Origin: an uncultured cyanobacterium
GTDB taxonomy: Bacteria; Cyanobacteriota; Cyanobacteriia; PCC-6307; Cyanobiaceae
Assembly (NCBI GenBank): GCA_963697335.1
Contig: CAVONQ010000002.1
Span: 249,704-313,703 of the forward strand
DNA: 64,000 nt
Direction of reading: 5' to 3'
Shown one piece after another: positions 38,872 through 54,414 of this stretch. The notes under the pieces were generated by a model. That model made no database searches. It saw only the letters and a program-made list of their open reading frames with translations, and had not been told where the DNA came from. The position numbers and the translations under genes were made by a program. How positions within the stretch are numbered: position 1 is the stretch's first letter; the number at the start of each line of letters is the position of its first letter.

Positions 38872-39499
38872 AGACGTTTTCACTCGTGACCGACTGGCGT
38901 GATCCCTGTTGCTGGGCCATCTCGGCCCGGGCCTTGCCGGCGCTCTTGCGCAGGGCTTCGAGGCGGTCTTCGTAGAAGGTGCGCTTCTTTTTCTTGCGGG
39001 TCTGCTCGGCCAGTTCCTTCAGGGCGCCACCGAGGCTCTTGTAGGCGTTGGGCAGGGTGTAGCCGAAGCGGCAGGCCAGATCGATCGCCCGCTCATCGGC
39101 GCTGATCGCCTCCTGAAGCCGCTTTTCGGAGTTGTTCTTGAGGTAGAGCCGGTAACCCGCGAAGCCCGAGAGGCCCAGGGCCATCAGCAGCAGCAGACCG
39201 TCCTGAACCCAGAGCTCACCGATGGCGCCGCCCAGGCCGATCGCCAGGGCCGCCATCTCCCAGCCGTCCCGGGGCACGGCGTCGTTCTGAATCCGGCCCA
39301 CCTCGTGCCAGAACAGCAGATTGCGGTGGTCGAGGGCGAGGCCATCCCAGGTTTCGAGATCCACCTGGATCTCGATCTCATCGCGGCCGATCTCCTCGAG
39401 GGTGATCAGGGGGGGCTCAACCGAAGCCGCGGCTTCCACGAACACCCAGCTCTGCATTTCCGGAGGCAGCAGCCCCTTGAGGCGCTGGAGTTCGCTCAT
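38864..39499 (-). CDS. DUF3318 family protein
   Basis: Cyanobacterial protein with RNLLFWHEV and two TM segments, in its usual position next to rsfS/carB. Confidence 0.8.
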   Translation of the reverse strand: MSELQRLKGLLPPEMQSWVFVEAAASVEPPLITLEEIGRDEIEIQVDLETWDGLALDHRNLLFWHEVGRIQNDAVPRDGWEMAALAIGLGGAIGELWVQDGLLLLMALGLSGFAGYRLYLKNNSEKRLQEAISADERAIDLACRFGYTLPNAYKSLGGALKELAEQTRKKKKRTFYEDRLEALRKSAGKARAEMAQQQGSRQSVTSENVYG

Positions 39500-39622
39500 C
39501 GACGGGAATGGTTAGCTGGTGGACACTCAGCCTAGCCACCATTGCGGCATGGCCTGGTTGGCGCTGAACCGCGTGGGCCACCGAGGCATGAGAGCCTGAT
39601 CGGGTTTGGCCGACGACCCCCC

Positions 39623-42943
<3,321 letters not shown>

Positions 42944-42987
42944 GCCGGCCCCGCGGTTTGCCTGGGTAGCGTTGGGGCCCTGCGCCC

Positions 42988-43686
42988 ATGCCCGTGACCG
43001 CCACCACCAGCTCTGCCAGCACGACTGCCGTCGCCATTCCAGAAGGCAGCGACTGCACCGCCGCCTTCCGCGCCGCCTACGAGAACCGCTACACCTGGGA
43101 TCCCGGTTTCGCGGGCTATCAGGGCACCTGCTCCTGGGAGCAGGGTGATCGCCGTGCTGAGGGCCGGTTCACGGTGGGCGCTGACCTCAAGGCCCAGGTG
43201 GAGGGCATCGCCGACGAGGAGATCCACAAGGCGATGGCCTCCCAGCTCTGGGAGGTGGCGATCCACCGGGTGCGCCGCAGCTTCGAGCAGACCCACGGCG
43301 CCAACACCTTCACGGCGGGCAACACCGACGCGGTGGGCACCGAGGTGATCGTGGGCGGCAAGAACGACGGCGACCGCTACCGCATCCAGGACGATGTGGT
43401 GACCATGGTGCACCGCCACATCCACGGCACGGTGGTGACGATCTTCACGGAGTCGGTGACCCACACCGGCGCCGGTTACCTGAGCCGCTCCTACACCAGC
43501 CAGTACGCCGATCCGGCCACGGGCGCCGCCCGCGGCGGCCTCAGCCGCTTCACCGACACCTTCGTGCCCCTCAGCGACGGGGGCCCCTGGGTGCTGAGCG
43601 AGCGGGAGGTGGCCACCGAGGCCCATGGCGAGACCCCGGCCAGTCGGCAGCTGTTTCGTTTCGAACACCTCGAGCCCCTCGCCTAG
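42988..43686 (+). CDS. DUF3386 family protein
   Basis: FRAAYENRYTWD, IHRVRRSFEQTHG. Confidence 0.85.
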   Translation: MPVTATTSSASTTAVAIPEGSDCTAAFRAAYENRYTWDPGFAGYQGTCSWEQGDRRAEGRFTVGADLKAQVEGIADEEIHKAMASQLWEVAIHRVRRSFEQTHGANTFTAGNTDAVGTEVIVGGKNDGDRYRIQDDVVTMVHRHIHGTVVTIFTESVTHTGAGYLSRSYTSQYADPATGAARGGLSRFTDTFVPLSDGGPWVLSEREVATEAHGETPASRQLFRFEHLEPLA

Positions 43687-43741
43687 GGGTGGCCGGATCC
43701 CAGGCCCCGTGACACCATCGCGGCAACACTGAGATCCTGCC

Positions 43742-45067
43742 TTGGAGTTGCTGCAACAGATCAATAGCCTGGTGTGGGGCCCACCCACCCTCTGGCTGAT
43801 CGGTCTCACGGGCCTGTATCTGATGCTCGGGCTGCGGTTCATGCCGCTGCTGAAGATCGGCTTCGGCTTCCGGCAGGCGATCGCCTCGATCCGCAGCTCC
43901 AAGGGCGAGGGCGACGTGTCGGCCTTCGAATCCCTGGCCACGGCCCTGGCGGCCACGATCGGCACCGGCAACGTGGCCGGCGTGGCCGGGGCGATTGCCG
44001 TGGGCGGTCCCGGCGCCGTGTTCTGGATGTGGGTGATCGCCTTCGTGGGCATGGCCACCAAGTACGCCGAATCGCTGCTGGCGGTGCACTACCGCGAAGT
44101 GGATGGCCTCGGCGAACACGTGGGCGGGCCGATGTACTTCATCCGCAATGGCCTGGGGCCCCGCTGGGCCTGGCTGGGGGTGCTGTTTGCCCTGTTCGGC
44201 ACCCTGGCCGGCTTCGGCATCGGCAACGGGGTGCAGGCCCACGAGATGGCCAAGGCCCTCAATGAAAGCCTGGCGATTCCGCCCCTGGCCACGGGCATCG
44301 GCATGGCGGTGCTGGCCTATCTGGTGCTGATCGGCGGCATCGAGCGCATCGGCAAGGTGGCCGAGGTGGTGGTGCCGCTGATGGCGGCCGTTTATGTGGT
44401 GGGGGCGCTGATCATTCTGGCCCTGCACATCGACAAGATCCCGGCCGCCTTCGGTGTGATCTTCAGCAATGCCTTCTCGGGCCAGGCCGCCGCCGGTGGC
44501 GCCCTCGGCACCGTGATTCAGATGGGCATCGCCCGGGGCATCTTCTCCAATGAGGCGGGCCTGGGCACCGCGCCGATCGCCCAGGCCGCGGCCAAGCCCG
44601 GCGATCCGGTGCTGCAGGGGAGTGTGGCGATGCTCGGCACCTTCATCGACACCCTGGTGATCTGCACGATGACGGCCCTGGTGATCGTGGCCAGCGGCCT
44701 CTATGACAGCGGCGATCGGGGCGTGACGCTCACCATGGCGGCCTTCGACTGGGGCCTGCCGGGGGGCCGCTGGCTGGTGACCTTCGCCACCGTGTTCTTC
44801 ACCGGCACCACGATCCTGGGCTGGGGCTACTACAGCGAGCGCTGCCTCGAGTTCCTGGTGGGCACCGGTGGCATCAAGCCCTTCCGCCTGCTGTGGGTGG
44901 CCGTGGTGGTGCTGGGCTCGGTGGCCAGCTTCGACGCGATCTGGACAATCGCCGACATCCTCAACGGCCTGATGGCGATCCCCAACCTGATCGGCCTGCT
45001 GCTGCTCTCCGGCACCGTGTTTCGGCTCACCCGGGCCTACCGCTTCGATGGGGAGGCCCGCAGCTGA
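43742..45067 (+). CDS. agcS: Alanine/glycine:cation symporter
   Basis: IGTGNVAGVA, GGPGAVFWMW, GGPMY, FSNEAGLG. Confidence 0.92.
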   Translation: MELLQQINSLVWGPPTLWLIGLTGLYLMLGLRFMPLLKIGFGFRQAIASIRSSKGEGDVSAFESLATALAATIGTGNVAGVAGAIAVGGPGAVFWMWVIAFVGMATKYAESLLAVHYREVDGLGEHVGGPMYFIRNGLGPRWAWLGVLFALFGTLAGFGIGNGVQAHEMAKALNESLAIPPLATGIGMAVLAYLVLIGGIERIGKVAEVVVPLMAAVYVVGALIILALHIDKIPAAFGVIFSNAFSGQAAAGGALGTVIQMGIARGIFSNEAGLGTAPIAQAAAKPGDPVLQGSVAMLGTFIDTLVICTMTALVIVASGLYDSGDRGVTLTMAAFDWGLPGGRWLVTFATVFFTGTTILGWGYYSERCLEFLVGTGGIKPFRLLWVAVVVLGSVASFDAIWTIADILNGLMAIPNLIGLLLLSGTVFRLTRAYRFDGEARS

Positions 45068-45113
45068 GGGCGGGCCCCACCGCTTGATCAGGGCAGGGGC
45101 TCAGGACAGGGGC

Positions 45114-45335
45114 TCAGGGCAGGGGCGCAATCGCCCTGAGCTTGTCGTTCAGCTGGCTGGCCATGGCCTGACGGCCTACGGCCAGCACCTTGAGCGTGTC
45201 CTCGTGCATGCGCAGCTGGGCATCGGCCACCTGCATGCCCTTCACCAGTTCCTTGAGTTCATTGGGAAGGCTGTTGAGGTCATAGCGCTTGCCCTCGAAG
45301 GTGAGCACAGGCGGCTGCTGGGGGGTGGAGGTCAA
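45114..45335 (-). CDS. Conserved small protein (DUF6447-like)
   Basis: LTFEGKRYDLNSLP followed by a coiled-coil. Confidence 0.7.
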   Translation of the reverse strand: MTSTPQQPPVLTFEGKRYDLNSLPNELKELVKGMQVADAQLRMHEDTLKVLAVGRQAMASQLNDKLRAIAPLP

Positions 45336-45357
45336 GATGCGGAACGCTCAGGTGCCC

Positions 45358-45720
45358 TCAGGTTACGGACGGACCCGCACCGGGATCAACGCGGCGAGTC
45401 GCTCCGCCGCTTCCCAGGGGGCGCTTGAACACGAACATCAGCAGCGGCCCCACCTGGGCCGCCTCCACCAACTCCCAGTGCTCCCGGCCCAGGGCATTGA
45501 GGAAGAACTGCAGCTGCTCGGCCGGGTGCCGGGGGGTGCTGTTGAGGGGGCTGTACTGCTGGGGGAACTCCCGCTCCAGGAACTCAGGGCTGAGGGCGCC
45601 CCCCAGCCGCTCGCTGTCGCTCTGGGGCGACGGCGGCTGCGGTGGGTTGCCGCTCTCCACGTCGATGTGGATCACCCGGTATTCCCAGCCGAATTCAGAG
45701 CCGATGGGGGTGTCCGTCAT
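45358..45720 (-). CDS. Conserved hypothetical protein
   Basis: WEYRV...FLNALG...WELV...FKRP; start overlaps the ABC gene stop. Confidence 0.7.
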   Translation of the reverse strand: MTDTPIGSEFGWEYRVIHIDVESGNPPQPPSPQSDSERLGGALSPEFLEREFPQQYSPLNSTPRHPAEQLQFFLNALGREHWELVEAAQVGPLLMFVFKRPLGSGGATRRVDPGAGPSVT

Positions 45721-47501
45721 GGTTCGAGGTGGATGAACTGGCGGCGGCAGAGCTGCCGGTAGCGACCGTCCTGGGCCATCAGCTGATGGTGGCTGCCCTG
45801 CTGCACGATCCGTCCCGCCTCCAGCACCACGATCCGATCCGCCTTCTGCACCGTGGAGAGGCGGTGGGCGATCACCAGCACGCTGCGGCCGGCCATGGCG
45901 GTCTGCAGGCCGGCCTGCACGGCCTCCTCGGCCTCGGCATCGAGGGCACTGGTGGCCTCATCGAGCAGCAGCACGGCGGGATTGCCCAGCACGGCGCGGG
46001 CGATCGCCAGCCGCTGCAGCTGGCCGCCGGACACGTTGCGGCCCCGCTCCTCCAGCCGGCTCTCATAGCCGTGGGGCAGCTGGCTGATGAAGCCATCGGC
46101 GTTGGCCAGGCGGGCCGCCTGGCGGATCGCCTCGGCGGTGGCCGGCCGCCCGAAGGCGATCGCCTCGGCCACCGTGCCCGAGAACACGCTGCTCTGCTGG
46201 GGCACCAGGGCCACGGCCTGGCGCAGCTCCCGGGCGCGCAGGTCGGCCAGGTCGTGGCCATCCAGCAGCACCCGGCCCCGCTGGCAGTTGTTGAAGCGCA
46301 GCAGCAGGGAGAACAGGGTGCTCTTGCCGGCTCCGGAGGGACCGACCAGGGCCACCACCTGGCCGGGTTTCACCTCCAGGCTCACCTGGCGCAGCACCGG
46401 CTCGCCATCGCCGTAGGCGAACCACACCTGCTCGAGTTGGAGGGCGCCGCGCACCGGACCCAGCGGTCGTGCCTGGGGGCGGTCGGGCGTTTCCACGGGC
46501 TCGTCCTCGATCGCCCGCAGCCGCTGCAGGGAGGCCTGGCCCTGCTGGAACTCGTTGAAGTTGGTGGTGAGGTGGGCGATCGGATCGATCAGCATCAGCA
46601 GGGCGGCCACGTAGCTGCTGAAGCCCTGGCTGTCGAGCTGCCCCGACTGGATCCGCCAGGCGCCGATCCAGAGCACCGTGAGGATGCCGGCGGCCTCCAG
46701 AAATCCCACCACCGGATGCTGCAGGGCGAGCAGCCGCAGGGTGCGGTAGCGGGCCTGGCGGTGCAGGTCGATCTCCTGGTCAAAGCGCCGCTGCAGCCAG
46801 GGCTCGGCGGCGAAGGCCCGCACCAGGGGAAGCCCGGAGATGGCCTCGCCCAGCAGGCTGGCCAGCTCGCTCACCTGCTCCTGGCTGCGCTCGGCCGCCC
46901 CCATCACCCGCGCCCCGAAGCCGCTCACCAGCAGGGCCACCAGGGGCGCCAGCAGCAGGGTGGCCAGGGCCAGGGGCCAGTCGAGCCACAGCATGTAGCC
47001 CAGCACCGCCACCAGCTGCAGGGCACTGGGGGTGGTGTCCTGGATGGTCTTGTAGATCACCTCGCCCACCCGGTCGGCATCCTCGGTGAGGCGGTAGGTG
47101 AGGTCGCCGGCGGAGAGCTTCTCCAGGGCGTTGAAGTCGAGCTGCTGCAGCCGCGCGAACAGCTGTTGGCGCAGGGACTGGCTGACCCGCAGGGCCGGGT
47201 TGGCCAGCAGCGTGTCCTGGCCGTACTGGGCCGCCTTCTGCACCATGAACACCGCCAGGGCGGCCAGGATTGACTGCAGGGTGAGGGCCACGTCGCCGGC
47301 GCCGATCGCCGGAATCAGCCGCCCCGCCAGCCAGGCCAGCACGGGCCAGCAGAGCACGAACACCAGGATGCAGGCACCGCCGGCCAGCAGGCGCCGGCGG
47401 TGGGGTCTGAGCAGGGGCCAGAGCCGTCGCACCGTGCCGGCCAGGCTGGGGGCAGAGGTCCGCTGCAGCTGGGGCAGGCTGTCCGGAAGCGGTGCGGGCA
47501 T
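45717..47501 (-). CDS. ABC transporter ATP-binding/permease (MsbA-like)
   Basis: TM domain plus GPSGAGKS, VSGGQLQR, LLLDEATSALD. Confidence 0.93.
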   Translation of the reverse strand: MPAPLPDSLPQLQRTSAPSLAGTVRRLWPLLRPHRRRLLAGGACILVFVLCWPVLAWLAGRLIPAIGAGDVALTLQSILAALAVFMVQKAAQYGQDTLLANPALRVSQSLRQQLFARLQQLDFNALEKLSAGDLTYRLTEDADRVGEVIYKTIQDTTPSALQLVAVLGYMLWLDWPLALATLLLAPLVALLVSGFGARVMGAAERSQEQVSELASLLGEAISGLPLVRAFAAEPWLQRRFDQEIDLHRQARYRTLRLLALQHPVVGFLEAAGILTVLWIGAWRIQSGQLDSQGFSSYVAALLMLIDPIAHLTTNFNEFQQGQASLQRLRAIEDEPVETPDRPQARPLGPVRGALQLEQVWFAYGDGEPVLRQVSLEVKPGQVVALVGPSGAGKSTLFSLLLRFNNCQRGRVLLDGHDLADLRARELRQAVALVPQQSSVFSGTVAEAIAFGRPATAEAIRQAARLANADGFISQLPHGYESRLEERGRNVSGGQLQRLAIARAVLGNPAVLLLDEATSALDAEAEEAVQAGLQTAMAGRSVLVIAHRLSTVQKADRIVVLEAGRIVQQGSHHQLMAQDGRYRQLCRRQFIHLEP

Positions 47502-47540
47502 CAGGGCACGCTATCGCCCGTCCCTTTGGCCAGATTCGCC

Positions 47541-47735
47541 GTGAAGCTCGACCAATTCCTCAAATACCAGGGGCTGGCGGCCACCGGTGGTGAGGCCAAG
47601 ATGCGCATCCAGCGCGGCGATGTGCGCGTCAACGGCCTGATCGAAACCCGCCGGGGCCGCCAGCTGGCCCTCGGCGATGCTGTGAGCCTGGACGGCCGCG
47701 AGATGATCGTCACCCCCACGGCCAACAGCCGCTGA
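47541..47735 (+). CDS. S4 domain RNA-binding protein
   Basis: KLDQFLK..G.A.TGGEAK...G.V.VNG..ETRRGR. Confidence 0.9.
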   Translation: MKLDQFLKYQGLAATGGEAKMRIQRGDVRVNGLIETRRGRQLALGDAVSLDGREMIVTPTANSR

Positions 47736-47779
47736 CAGGCGGACCATTAGCTTTTCAGCACGTCGCTGGGAGAAGACCT

Positions 47780-48520
47780 TTGGCCAAGGCTGTCATCGCA
47801 GGCAATTGGAAGATGCACATGACCTGCGCCCAGGCGCGGGAGTTTGCTGCCACCTTCCGGCCCCTGATCGCCGCCCTGCCGGACGACCGCCAGGTGGTGA
47901 TCGCTCCGCCGTTCACGGCGATCCCCACCCTGAGCCGCCATCTGGAGGGTGCCGGCGTGGCGATCGCCGCCCAGAACGTGCACTGGGAGGAGCAGGGGGC
48001 GTACACCGGCATGGTGTCGGCGCCGATGCTGGTGGAGCACGCCGTGACCCACGCGATCGTGGGCCACAGCGAGCCGCGCAAGTACTTCAGCGAGTCCGAC
48101 GAGCAGATCAACCTGCGGGCCCGCACGGCCCAGAAGCACGGCTTGATTCCGATTCTCTGTGTGGGCGAGAGCCTCGACCAGCGCGAGACGGCGGAAACCG
48201 AACGGGTGATCCACCGCCAGATCGAACAGGGTCTGGAGGCCGTGGACCCCACCCGGCTGATCGTGGCCTACGAGCCGATCTGGGCGATCGGCACCGGCAA
48301 GACCTGCGCCGCCGAGGAGGCCAACCGCATCTGCGGCCTGATCCGCGGCTGGGTGGGCAACCCCGAGGTCACGGTGCAGTACGGCGGCTCGGTGAACCCC
48401 GCCACCATCGACGACCTGATGGCCCAGAGCGACATCGATGGCGTGCTGGTGGGCGGCGCCTCGCTGGATCCCGAGAGCTTTGCGCGCATCGCCAACTTCC
48501 GGGTGTCGGCGGCGGTGTGA
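47780..48520 (+). CDS. tpiA: Triosephosphate isomerase
   Basis: [25 protein letters not shown]. Confidence 0.97.
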   Translation: MAKAVIAGNWKMHMTCAQAREFAATFRPLIAALPDDRQVVIAPPFTAIPTLSRHLEGAGVAIAAQNVHWEEQGAYTGMVSAPMLVEHAVTHAIVGHSEPRKYFSESDEQINLRARTAQKHGLIPILCVGESLDQRETAETERVIHRQIEQGLEAVDPTRLIVAYEPIWAIGTGKTCAAEEANRICGLIRGWVGNPEVTVQYGGSVNPATIDDLMAQSDIDGVLVGGASLDPESFARIANFRVSAAV

Positions 48521-48523
48521 GCC

Positions 48524-49363
48524 ATGGCCAGCCAGCCCCTGAGCTGGGGTGAGCGCACGCTGGTGATGGGGGTGCTCAACCTCACCCCCGACTCCTTCAG
48601 CGATGGCGGCCGCTACCTGGATCTGGAGCCGGCTCTCGGCCATGCGGCCCGCCTGGCTCGCGAGGGTGCCCACGTGCTCGATCTCGGCGGCCAGAGCACC
48701 CGTCCGGGGGCCAGCGAGGTGGGCGCCGCCGAGGAAGCCGCCCGGGTGCTGCCGGTGCTGCGAGCCCTGCTGCAGGGCCGGCTGCCGGCGAACCGGCCGC
48801 TGCTCTCCATCGACACCTTCCGCGCCGCGGTGGCGGAAGCGGCCCTGGAGGCCGGGGCCGACTGGATCAACGACGTGAGCGGCGGCCGCCGCGATCCCGC
48901 CCTGCTCAAGGTGGTGGCCGCGGCGGGCTGCCCGCTGGTGCTGATGCACAGCCGTGGCGACAGCCGCAGCATGGATGATCTGGCCGTCTACACCGACGTG
49001 GTGGAGGAGGTGCGCCAGGAGTTGCTGCGGGCCACCGACGCCGCCCTGGCGGCGGGGGTGCGGGCGGATCGGCTGATCTGGGATCCGGGCCTGGGCTTTG
49101 CCAAGACCACCGAGCACAACCTCACCCTGCTGCGGGGATTGGCGGTGCTGCGGCGGGAGGGCTTCCCCCTGCTGGTGGGGCCCTCCCGCAAGCGCTTCAT
49201 CGGCGCGGTGCTGGAGGAGCCCCGGCCCAGGGCCCGGCTCTGGGGCACCGCGGCGGTCTGCTCCCAGGCGATCACCGCCGGCGCCGATGTGCTGCGGGTG
49301 CATGACGTGGGGCCGATCGTGCAGACCGCCCGCATGGTGGATGCGATCGTGCGCGGTGCCTGA
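48524..49363 (+). CDS. folP: Dihydropteroate synthase
   Basis: MGVLNLTPDSFSDGG, STRPG, DPGLGF, SRK, RVHD. Confidence 0.96.
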   Translation: MASQPLSWGERTLVMGVLNLTPDSFSDGGRYLDLEPALGHAARLAREGAHVLDLGGQSTRPGASEVGAAEEAARVLPVLRALLQGRLPANRPLLSIDTFRAAVAEAALEAGADWINDVSGGRRDPALLKVVAAAGCPLVLMHSRGDSRSMDDLAVYTDVVEEVRQELLRATDAALAAGVRADRLIWDPGLGFAKTTEHNLTLLRGLAVLRREGFPLLVGPSRKRFIGAVLEEPRPRARLWGTAAVCSQAITAGADVLRVHDVGPIVQTARMVDAIVRGA

Positions 49364-49390
49364 ACCGATGCTGGCGTGGAGGCCTGAGGG

Positions 49391-52300
49391 TCAGGCCTTG
49401 GTGACCCCCTCGATCCGGTCTTCGATCTCCTGGTAGATCTCCTGGAGCTGCTGGATGTTCTCGTCTGAGGTCTCCCAGTAGCCGCGGCCGTTCACTTCCA
49501 GCAGGGTGCCGACGATGCGGCGGAAGCTGTGGGGGTTGAGCTCCATCAGCCGCTGGCGCATCTCCGGATCGTTGATGAAGGTGTCGTTGGCCTCTTCGTA
49601 CACGAAGTTGTCCACGGCGCCGCTGGTGGCACTCCAGCCCAGGGTGAAGTTGAGCCGTTTGGCCACCTCCCGCACGCCCTCGTAGCCGGAGTTGAGCATG
49701 CCCTCGTACCACTTGGGGTTGAGCAGCTTGGTGCGGGAATCGAGCCGGATCGTTTCGCTCAGGGAGCGCACCTGGGCGTTGGCGGTGGTGGTGTCGGCGA
49801 TGTAGCTGGTGGGGGCCTTGCCGTCGTCGCGCAGGCCGGCGATCAGCTTGGTGGGGTCGGAGTCGAAGTAGTGGCTCACATCGGTGAGCGAGATTTCGGC
49901 TGAATCCAGGTTCTGGAAGGTCACGTCGGCGGTTTTCATCGCCGCCTCGAACACGCCGCGCTTCTGGTTCATCTCGCCGGGATTGTCGGCGTTGAAGGCG
50001 AAGGTCTTGCGGGAGAGATACATCTCCTGAAGCTCACCCTCCTCCTCCCAGGTGCTGTTCTCCACCGCCAGGTTCACATTCGAGCTGTAGCTGCCGCTGG
50101 CATTGGAGAACACGCGGGTGGCGGCATCGCGCAGGGAGATGCCCTCCTGCTCGGCCTGCTCCTGGGCGTGCTTGCGCACGAAGTTCATGGCCAGCGGTTC
50201 GTCGGCCTCGGCGGCCATCTTCACGCCCTGGTCGATCAGGCCCATCTGGTTGATGAACAGGTCACGGAACACGCCGCTGCAGTTCACCACCACGTCGATG
50301 CGGGGCCGGCCCAGCTCTTCCAGCGAGATCAGCTCCAGCTTGTTGACGCGGCCGAGCGAATCGGCCACCGGGCGCACGCCGATGAACCAGAGGATCTGGG
50401 CCAGGGATTCGCCGTAGGTCTTGATGTTGTCGGTGCCCCAGAGCACGCAGGCGATCGTTTCCGGCCAGGTGCCCTGCTCGGCCTTCTGGCGTTCGATCAG
50501 CCGGTCCACCACCACCTTGGCGGCGGCGATGGCGGCCTTGGTGGGGATCGCCTGGGGATCGAGGGCGTGGATGTTCTTGCCGCTGGGCAGCACGCCGGGG
50601 TTGCGGATCGGATCGCCGCCGGGGCCCGGCAGCACGTATTCGCCATCCAGGGCCCGCAGCAGGCTCTGCATCTCGAAGTCGGCGCAGATCTGCTCCAGGC
50701 AGAACTGCAGGTAGCCGAACAGCCGATCGAGTTCGGTCTGGTCCACCTGGGCGAAGCCGGCCGAGCAGCAGGCGCCCAGCCAGGGGCTGGGCAGCTTGAA
50801 GCCGAAGCGCTCCAGCAGGTTGAAGAACCAGGCGAAGTTGCGGCGCAGGGTCACCCGGCCGTCGCTGCCGGTGACGGCCTTCACCATGGCGCCCACGGCG
50901 GCGCGGGAGGTTTCGGTGATCACCCGGTTGAGTTCCACGTCGGCGAGCACGCCGTCGTCGTTGCCCTTGTAGATCTCGGCGATGGTGCGGCCGCGGCTCT
51001 CGGCCAGCAGGGCCGGCAGGGAGCGCAGGCCGTCCTCCTCGCGCTCGAGGGCAGCGATGTTCACCAGGGTGGCGATCGCCTCCTCGGCGGTGGGGGGCTT
51101 GCCGATGGTGTGCAGGCCGCAGGGCAGCAGCCGGCTCTCGATCTCCATCAGCTGGCGGTACACCTGGCCGATCACGGCATCGCGCTCAGCCAGGTCGAGC
51201 TCAGCGGCATCGCCCTGGGGCAGGGCCACGTCCTTGTCGAGGTTGCACTGGCGGGCGGTTTCCACCGCCGCATTGACGATCTGCACGCCGCGGCTGCTCT
51301 CGCGCAGCTGCTGGTAGGAGCCCACCAGCTCGCCCAGTTCCTTGAGGCCCCGGTAGAGGCCGGCATTTTCCGCCGGCGGCGTGAGGTAGCTGATCGTTTC
51401 GGCGTAGCCGCGCCGCTTGGCGATCGTGGCCTCTGAAGGGTTGTTGGCGGCGTAGTAGTAGAGGTTGGGCAGGGCGCCGATCAGCGAATCGGGGTAGCAG
51501 GTTTCGCTCATGCCCATCTGCTTGCCGGGCATGAACTCCAGCGAGCCATGGGTGCCGAAGTGCAGCACCGCATCGGCGCCCCACACCTTCTCCAGGTAGG
51601 TGTAGTAGGCGGCGAAACCGTGGTGGGGGCTGGCGCTGCGCGAATACAGCAGCCGCATCGGATCGCCCTCGTAGCCGAAGGTGGGCTGCACGCCCACGAA
51701 GACGTTGCCGAAGTGGCGGCCGTAGATCAGCAGGTTGGTGCCGTCGGAATTGAGGTTGCCGGGGGGCTTGCCCCAGTTCTCCTCCAGCCGCTCGGAGTAG
51801 GGGGTGAGCCGCTCGTACTCCGCCACGCTCATGCGGTGGGCGATGGCCAGTTCGGGGGCGCCCTCGAGGGCCTCGGGGTCCTGCAGCACCGACTCCATCA
51901 GCTCCTTGGGGGTGCGGGGCAGGCTGCCGAGGTCGTAGCCCTGGGCGGCCATCTCCTCCATCACCCGGTGGATGGAGCCGAACACATCGAGGTAGGCGGC
52001 GGTGCCCACATTGCCCTTGTCGGGCGGGAAGCTGAACACCGTGATCGCCAGCTTCTTGGTGGCCCGGGGCTTGATCCGCAGGGAGGCCCAGCGGATCGAG
52101 CGCTCGGCGATCGCCTCCACCCGGTCCTGCAGGGTGTGGGCCTTGCCGGTGGCGTCGTCGCGGCCGCTGAGCACGATCGGCTCGATGGCGCCATCGAGCT
52201 CGGGGATGGCGATCTGCAGGGCCACCTGCACCGGGTGCAGACCCAGGTCGCTCTCTTCCCATTCCTGGGTGGTCTGGAACACCAGCGGCAGCGCCACCAT

Positions 52301-53395
52301 GTAGGGGCGGTTGAGGCTCTTGAGCACCTCGATCGCCTTGGGGTGGTCCTGGCGGGCCGGACCGCCCACCAGGGCGAAGCCGGTGAGTGATACCACGCCG
52401 TCCACCAGGGGGCTGCCTGGCTTGAGCGGGTCGTAGAAGAAGGCGTTCACCGGCCGGGTGAAGTCGAGGCCGCCGCAGAACACCGGAATCACGGTGGCAC
52501 CGCGGTATTCCAGTTCCTGGATCACGGCCACGTAGTGGGCCTCATCGCCGGTGACGATGTGGCTGCGCTGCAGCACCAGGCCGATCACCGGGCCGCTGCG
52601 GGCCTTTTCACTCAGATCGGAGCGGCTGGCGCTCCAGTTGAGGTATTCCTTGAGGTCCTCGAACATGGACGGCGCCAGGGGGTGCCAGATGCCCAGGTCG
52701 GGGAACACCACCGGCTCGGCCACGGCCACCGCGGCCCGGTCACTGCCGCTGCGGGGGAACACATACTTGTCGGCCAGCATCAACAGGAAGTTGCGCAGGT
52801 TGTCCGGCGTGCCGCCCAGCCAGTACTGGAAGCTGAGCATGAAGGAGCGGGCGTCCTGGGCCTTCTCCACCGGCAGATACTTGAGAACCGTGGGCAGGGT
52901 GTTGAGCAGCTTGAGCATGGCGTCCTGGAAACCGGCGCCGCCGGCCTCCTTCCGCTTCTTCATGAAGCCGGCGATGGCGCTCTTGCTCTGGCCCAGCTGG
53001 GCCATCGAGAAGGTGCCCAGCTTGTTGAGACGCATCACCTCCGGCATGGAGGGGAACACCACGGCGGCCTTGAGGTTGTCGCGGTGGGGCGCCACGGCCT
53101 CCACCACCTTCTGGGCCAGGTCCTCGATGAAGATCAGCGAGGCGATGAACACATCCGCCGCCGCCACATCGGCGCAGAAGTCGGCGTAGTTGGTGGGGTC
53201 GCGCAGCTCCTCGATCAGGTAGCCGCTCAGCTCGATCGCCAGGGGACCGTTCTGGTCATTCAGCGCCGTGGCCGCCTGGGTGAGGGCGTTCTGGTACTGC
53301 GGCTCCAGCACCACGTAGACGGCTTTCATGACCGCACCGCAATGGGAGGCGGCAGGGCTGACCCGACGGTTGGCGGAACGGACCTGCGTGAACAT
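49391..53395 (-). CDS. chlH: Magnesium chelatase subunit H
   Basis: 1334 aa; [25 protein letters not shown]. Confidence 0.97.
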   Translation of the reverse strand: MFTQVRSANRRVSPAASHCGAVMKAVYVVLEPQYQNALTQAATALNDQNGPLAIELSGYLIEELRDPTNYADFCADVAAADVFIASLIFIEDLAQKVVEAVAPHRDNLKAAVVFPSMPEVMRLNKLGTFSMAQLGQSKSAIAGFMKKRKEAGGAGFQDAMLKLLNTLPTVLKYLPVEKAQDARSFMLSFQYWLGGTPDNLRNFLLMLADKYVFPRSGSDRAAVAVAEPVVFPDLGIWHPLAPSMFEDLKEYLNWSASRSDLSEKARSGPVIGLVLQRSHIVTGDEAHYVAVIQELEYRGATVIPVFCGGLDFTRPVNAFFYDPLKPGSPLVDGVVSLTGFALVGGPARQDHPKAIEVLKSLNRPYMVALPLVFQTTQEWEESDLGLHPVQVALQIAIPELDGAIEPIVLSGRDDATGKAHTLQDRVEAIAERSIRWASLRIKPRATKKLAITVFSFPPDKGNVGTAAYLDVFGSIHRVMEEMAAQGYDLGSLPRTPKELMESVLQDPEALEGAPELAIAHRMSVAEYERLTPYSERLEENWGKPPGNLNSDGTNLLIYGRHFGNVFVGVQPTFGYEGDPMRLLYSRSASPHHGFAAYYTYLEKVWGADAVLHFGTHGSLEFMPGKQMGMSETCYPDSLIGALPNLYYYAANNPSEATIAKRRGYAETISYLTPPAENAGLYRGLKELGELVGSYQQLRESSRGVQIVNAAVETARQCNLDKDVALPQGDAAELDLAERDAVIGQVYRQLMEIESRLLPCGLHTIGKPPTAEEAIATLVNIAALEREEDGLRSLPALLAESRGRTIAEIYKGNDDGVLADVELNRVITETSRAAVGAMVKAVTGSDGRVTLRRNFAWFFNLLERFGFKLPSPWLGACCSAGFAQVDQTELDRLFGYLQFCLEQICADFEMQSLLRALDGEYVLPGPGGDPIRNPGVLPSGKNIHALDPQAIPTKAAIAAAKVVVDRLIERQKAEQGTWPETIACVLWGTDNIKTYGESLAQILWFIGVRPVADSLGRVNKLELISLEELGRPRIDVVVNCSGVFRDLFINQMGLIDQGVKMAAEADEPLAMNFVRKHAQEQAEQEGISLRDAATRVFSNASGSYSSNVNLAVENSTWEEEGELQEMYLSRKTFAFNADNPGEMNQKRGVFEAAMKTADVTFQNLDSAEISLTDVSHYFDSDPTKLIAGLRDDGKAPTSYIADTTTANAQVRSLSETIRLDSRTKLLNPKWYEGMLNSGYEGVREVAKRLNFTLGWSATSGAVDNFVYEEANDTFINDPEMRQRLMELNPHSFRRIVGTLLEVNGRGYWETSDENIQQLQEIYQEIEDRIEGVTKA

Positions 53396-53498
53396 GCGGG
53401 CGCTGGAAGGGGTGGGCAGAGTTTACGAAGCCCCTACCCAGGGCGGTGGCTGCCCCATAGGCTCTGCTGCAAGCGTTGATGAGAACGGTTTCGAGACC

Positions 53499-54380
53499 AT
53501 GACCAGCACCGCCGCCAGTGCCCCCACCGCGTCCTCCGCAGCGGCCCCCTCGATCGCGGTGGTGGTGGCCGGCGCCCTCGGCCGCATGGGCGCGGAGGTG
53601 ATCCGGGCGCTGCTGGCGGCGCCCGACTGCCGCCTGGTGGGGGCGATCGACACCACCCCCGGCAAGGAGGGCGCCGATGTGGGCCTGGAGCTGGGCCTGG
53701 GCGAGCTGGAGGTGGCCGTGACGGCCGACTTCGAGGGTTGCCTCTGCCAGGCCAGCCAGCTGGTGCGCCAGGACGGCCCCGGCCAGGGGGCGGTGCTGGT
53801 GGACTTCACCCATCCGAAGGTGGTGTACGAGCACACCCGCGGCGCCATCGCCTACGGGGTGCACCCGGTGATCGGCACCACGGGCCTGAGCCCCGAGCAG
53901 CTGAACGATCTGGCGGTGTTCGCGGGCAAGGCCTCGATCGGGGGCGCCGTGATTCCCAACTTCTCGGTGGGCATGGTGCTGCTGCAGCAGGCCGCCGCCG
54001 CCGCCGCCCGCTTCTACGACTTCGCCGAACTCACCGAACTGCACCACAACCGCAAGGCCGATGCCCCCAGCGGCACCTGCATCAAGACCGCCGAGCTGAT
54101 GGAGGAGCTGGGCAAGAGCTTCAATCCCCTGCAGGTGGAGGAGCACGAAACCCTGGCCGGCAGCCGCGGTGGCCGGCGCGAGAGTGGCCTGCGCCTGCAC
54201 TCGGTGCGCCTGCCCGGCCTGGTGGCGCATCAGGAGGTGATGTTCGGCGCTCCGGGCGAAACCTATACGCTCCGCCACGACACGATCGACCGGGCCGCCT
54301 ACATGCCGGGCGTGCTGCTGGCGGTGCGGCGGGTGAGGTCGCTGCCAGGCCTGGTGTATGGCCTGGAGCGCCTGCTGTGA
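53499..54380 (+). CDS. dapB: 4-hydroxy-tetrahydrodipicolinate reductase
   Basis: [28 protein letters not shown]. Confidence 0.96.
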   Translation: MTSTAASAPTASSAAAPSIAVVVAGALGRMGAEVIRALLAAPDCRLVGAIDTTPGKEGADVGLELGLGELEVAVTADFEGCLCQASQLVRQDGPGQGAVLVDFTHPKVVYEHTRGAIAYGVHPVIGTTGLSPEQLNDLAVFAGKASIGGAVIPNFSVGMVLLQQAAAAAARFYDFAELTELHHNRKADAPSGTCIKTAELMEELGKSFNPLQVEEHETLAGSRGGRRESGLRLHSVRLPGLVAHQEVMFGAPGETYTLRHDTIDRAAYMPGVLLAVRRVRSLPGLVYGLERLL

Positions 54381-54414
54381 GGGACGCCAGGGTGAGGCCC
54401 GGAAGGGGGACGCG